DNA of 64,000 nucleotides from Escherichia coli (GTDB lineage Bacteria; Pseudomonadota; Gammaproteobacteria; Enterobacterales; Enterobacteriaceae): NCBI RefSeq assembly GCF_022846255.1, contig NZ_AP025682.1; one strand, 5' to 3'. Shown piece by piece: positions 60,652 to 64,000 of this stretch (position 1 is its first letter; each line of letters starts with the position of its first letter). The notes under the pieces were generated by a model. It saw only the letters and a program-made list of their open reading frames with translations, ran no database searches and was not told where the DNA came from. The position numbers and the translations under genes were made by a program.

Positions 60652-61872
60652 ATGACACCAGGCGGACAAGCTCAGATAGGTAATGTTGATCTCGTAAAAC
60701 AGCTTAACAGCGCGGCGGTTTATCGCCTGATTGACCAGTACGGGCCAATCTCGCGGATTCAGATTGCCGAGCAAAGTCAGCTTGCCCCCGCCAGCGTAAC
60801 CAAAATTACGCGTCAGCTTATCGAACGCGGGCTGATCAAAGAAGTTGATCAGCAGGCCTCCACCGGGGGCCGCCGCGCTATCTCCATCGTCACCGAAACC
60901 CGCAATTTCCACGCAATCGGCGTACGGCTTGGTCGTCACGACGCCACCATCACCTTGTTTGATCTCAGCAGCAAAGTGCTGGCAGAAGAACATTACCCGC
61001 TGCCGGAACGTACCCAGCAGACGCTGGAACATGCCCTGCTGAATGCCATTGCTCAGTTTATTGATAGCTACCAGCGCAAGCTACGCGAGCTGATCGCGAT
61101 TTCGGTGATCCTGCCAGGGCTTGTAGACCCGGACAGCGGCAAAATTCATTACATGCCGCATATTCAGGTAGAAAACTGGGGGCTGGTTGAAGCACTGGAA
61201 GAGCGTTTTAAAGTGACCTGTTTTGTCGGCCACGATATCCGCAGTCTGGCGCTGGCAGAGCACTACTTCGGTGCAAGTCAGGATTGCGAAGACTCCATTC
61301 TGGTGCGTGTCCATCGCGGAACCGGGGCCGGGATTATCTCTAACGGGCGAATTTTTATCGGGCGCAACGGCAACGTCGGTGAAATTGGCCATATTCAGGT
61401 CGAACCGCTGGGTGAACGCTGCCACTGCGGCAACTTTGGCTGCCTGGAAACTATCGCCGCCAATGCTGCCATTGAACAACGGGTGTTGAATCTGTTAAAG
61501 CAGGGCTACCAGAGCCGTGTGCCACTGGACGACTGCACCATCAAAACTATCTGCAAAGCCGCGAACAAAGGCGATAGCCTGGCCTCGGAAGTGATTGAAT
61601 ATGTCGGTCGTCATCTGGGTAAAACCATCGCCATTGCTATCAACTTATTTAATCCGCAAAAAATTGTTATTGCTGGAGAAATCACCGAAGCCGATAAAGT
61701 GCTGCTCCCTGCTATTGAAAGCTGCATTAATACCCAGGCGCTGAAGGCGTTTCGTACTAATCTACCGGTGGTACGTTCTGAGTTGGATCACCGCTCGGCA
61801 ATCGGCGCTTTTGCGCTGGTAAAACGCGCCATGCTCAACGGTATTTTGCTCCAGCATTTGCTGGAAAATTAA
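60652..61872 (+). CDS. nagC: ROK-family transcriptional regulator NagC
   Basis: 406-aa ORF. Confidence 0.95.
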   Translation: MTPGGQAQIGNVDLVKQLNSAAVYRLIDQYGPISRIQIAEQSQLAPASVTKITRQLIERGLIKEVDQQASTGGRRAISIVTETRNFHAIGVRLGRHDATITLFDLSSKVLAEEHYPLPERTQQTLEHALLNAIAQFIDSYQRKLRELIAISVILPGLVDPDSGKIHYMPHIQVENWGLVEALEERFKVTCFVGHDIRSLALAEHYFGASQDCEDSILVRVHRGTGAGIISNGRIFIGRNGNVGEIGHIQVEPLGERCHCGNFGCLETIAANAAIEQRVLNLLKQGYQSRVPLDDCTIKTICKAANKGDSLASEVIEYVGRHLGKTIAIAINLFNPQKIVIAGEITEADKVLLPAIESCINTQALKAFRTNLPVVRSELDHRSAIGAFALVKRAMLNGILLQHLLEN

Positions 61873-61919
61873 TGTGCTTTTATAGTGGCGCTTATTGTTG
61901 TCAATATTCTGGGTAGTCC

Positions 61920-62672
61920 ATGACCATTAAAAATGTAATTTGCGATATCGACGGCGTGCTGATGCACGATAACGTCGCCGTACCGGGTGCAGCGGAATTT
62001 TTGCACGGGATTATGGATAAAGGCCTGCCGCTGGTGTTGCTGACCAACTATCCTTCGCAGACCGGGCAAGATCTGGCGAATCGCTTTGCCACTGCCGGTG
62101 TCGATGTACCGGATAGCGTGTTTTATACCTCCGCGATGGCGACCGCCGATTTTCTGCGTCGCCAGGAAGGCAAGAAAGCGTATGTGGTGGGCGAAGGCGC
62201 ACTGATTCATGAACTGTACAAAGCCGGTTTCACTATTACCGATGTGAACCCTGATTTTGTGATTGTTGGCGAAACGCGTTCCTACAACTGGGACATGATG
62301 CATAAAGCAGCCTATTTCGTCGCTAACGGTGCACGCTTTATCGCCACCAACCCGGACACCCACGGGCGCGGTTTTTATCCCGCCTGTGGCGCGTTGTGTG
62401 CAGGGATCGAGAAAATCTCCGGGCGCAAACCGTTCTATGTTGGAAAGCCGAGTCCGTGGATCATCCGCGCGGCATTAAACAAAATGCAGGCGCATTCGGA
62501 AGAAACGGTGATTGTCGGCGATAACTTGCGTACCGATATTCTGGCGGGCTTCCAGGCCGGTCTGGAGACGATTCTGGTGCTTTCTGGTGTTTCGTCGCTC
62601 GACGATATCGACAGTATGCCGTTCCGCCCAAGTTGGATTTACCCATCAGTCGCTGAAATCGACGTTATCTGA
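61920..62672 (+). CDS. nagD: HAD-family UMP phosphatase NagD (UmpH)
   Basis: 250-aa ORF with DIDGV HAD motif. Confidence 0.9.
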   Translation: MTIKNVICDIDGVLMHDNVAVPGAAEFLHGIMDKGLPLVLLTNYPSQTGQDLANRFATAGVDVPDSVFYTSAMATADFLRRQEGKKAYVVGEGALIHELYKAGFTITDVNPDFVIVGETRSYNWDMMHKAAYFVANGARFIATNPDTHGRGFYPACGALCAGIEKISGRKPFYVGKPSPWIIRAALNKMQAHSEETVIVGDNLRTDILAGFQAGLETILVLSGVSSLDDIDSMPFRPSWIYPSVAEIDVI

Positions 62673-62675
62673 ATA

Positions 62676-62709
62676 GAAACCACGCCTCAGGGCGTGGTTT
62701 CTTATTTTT
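62676..62709 (+). terminator. Rho-independent terminator after nagD
   Basis: aaaccacgcc-tcag-ggcgtggttt followed by T-rich run. Confidence 0.6.
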
Positions 62710-62927
62710 ACCCATCATTAAAATCACCCCATTCAATAAAACCCGTCAAAAATTATCGATCCATCAATAAATATACCCAAAAGCCCTCCCCTTTTTCATC
62801 AATCAGCAATCGCCATTACGTTTTTTATTTTTCCACCGCCAAATCGCTTGCGCACCGTGCTGCTTTGCGGCATTTTTTTAACAAGCAAACACAACACGCA
62901 GTAAACACCAGGTTAACGGAGAAGGTT

Positions 62928-64000
62928 ATGTGTTCAATTTTTGGCGTATTCGATATCAAAACAGACGCAGTTGAGCTGCGTAAGAAAGCACTCGAGCTGT
63001 CACGCCTGATGCGTCATCGTGGCCCGGACTGGTCCGGTATTTATGCCAGCGATAACGCCATTCTCGCCCACGAACGTCTGTCAATTGTTGACGTTAACGC
63101 GGGGGCGCAACCTCTCTACAACCAACAAAAAACTCATGTGCTGGCAGTAAACGGTGAAATCTACAACCACCAGGCATTGCGCGCTGAATATGGCGATCGT
63201 TACCAGTTCCAGACCGGGTCTGACTGTGAAGTGATCCTCGCGCTGTATCAGGAAAAAGGGCCGGAATTTCTCGACGACTTGCAGGGCATGTTTGCCTTTG
63301 CCCTGTACGACAGCGAAAAAGATGCATATCTGATTGGTCGCGACCATCTGGGGATCATCCCACTGTATATGGGCTATGACGAACACGGTCAGCTGTATGT
63401 GGCCTCAGAAATGAAAGCCCTCGTGCCAGTTTGCCGCACGATTAAAGAGTTTCCGGCGGGGAGCTATTTGTGGAGTCAGGACGGCGAAATCCGTTCTTAT
63501 TATCATCGCGACTGGTTCGACTACGATGCGGTGAAAGATAACGTGACCGACAAAAACGAGCTGCGTCAGGCACTGGAAGATTCCGTTAAAAGCCATCTGA
63601 TGTCTGATGTGCCTTACGGTGTGCTGCTTTCTGGTGGTCTGGATTCCTCAATTATTTCCGCTATCACCAAGAAGTACGCCGCCCGTCGCGTGGAAGATCA
63701 GGAACGCTCTGAAGCCTGGTGGCCGCAGTTGCACTCCTTTGCTGTAGGTCTGCCGGGTTCACCGGATCTGAAAGCCGCCCAGGAAGTGGCAAACCATCTT
63801 GGCACGGTGCATCACGAAATTCACTTCACTGTACAGGAAGGTCTGGATGCCATCCGCGACGTGATTTACCACATCGAAACTTATGATGTGACCACTATTC
63901 GCGCTTCAACACCGATGTATTTAATGTCGCGTAAGATCAAGGCGATGGGCATTAAAATGGTGCTGTCCGGTGAAGGTTCTGACGAAGTGTTTGGCGGTTA
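62928..64000 (+). CDS. asnB: Asparagine synthetase B, N-terminal part (continues beyond window end)
   Basis: Not in ORF track (runs off edge); hand translation from ATG 62928: MCSIFGVFDIKTDAVELRKKALELSRLMRHRGPDWSG. Confidence 0.9.
   Translation, partial: MCSIFGVFDIKTDAVELRKKALELSRLMRHRGPDWSGIYASDNAILAHERLSIVDVNAGAQPLYNQQKTHVLAVNGEIYNHQALRAEYGDRYQFQTGSDCEVILALYQEKGPEFLDDLQGMFAFALYDSEKDAYLIGRDHLGIIPLYMGYDEHGQLYVASEMKALVPVCRTIKEFPAGSYLWSQDGEIRSYYHRDWFDYDAVKDNVTDKNELRQALEDSVKSHLMSDVPYGVLLSGGLDSSIISAITKKYAARRVEDQERSEAWWPQLHSFAVGLPGSPDLKAAQEVANHLGTVHHEIHFTVQEGLDAIRDVIYHIETYDVTTIRASTPMYLMSRKIKAMGIKMVLSGEGSDEVFGG

Overview
This window reads as an Escherichia coli chromosomal backbone segment running nadA to asnB, inverted relative to the K-12 reference as I recall it. 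In order: nadA (partial), the lysT-valT-lysW-valZ-lysY-lysZ-lysQ tRNA operon, cpoB-pal-tolB-tolA-tolR-tolQ-ybgC, ybgE-cydX-cydB-cydA, an AT-rich accessory insert with one novel gene, SdhX/sucDCBA-sdhBADC, gltA, abrB, nei, pxpACB-ybgI, dtpD, phr-ybgA, ybfA, kdpFABCDE, speFL-speF-potE, pgm-seqA, ybfF, ybfE, fldA, uof-fur, chiQ-chiP, glnS, nagE, nagBACD and asnB (partial). Gene identities come from reading the ORF-track translations against remembered E. coli proteins and from hand-translating the window edges and small ORFs; no database search was possible. The one clearly non-backbone locus is the cydA-sucD interval (about 10.8-13.4 kb). Where I recall K-12 carrying mngR-mngA-mngB, this window has about 1.3 kb of AT-rich non-coding DNA plus a single gene for a probable exported protein with an N-terminal beta-rich region and C-terminal TPR repeats, and no canonical start codon ahead of its signal-peptide-like N-terminus. 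That gene is the best candidate for something undescribed, but I cannot assign it a family or function from sequence alone. Three other junctions are compact where I recall K-12 carrying extra material (ybfA/ybgA, gltA/abrB, potE/pgm). Most other listed ORFs are antisense or overlapping artefacts inside well-supported genes.
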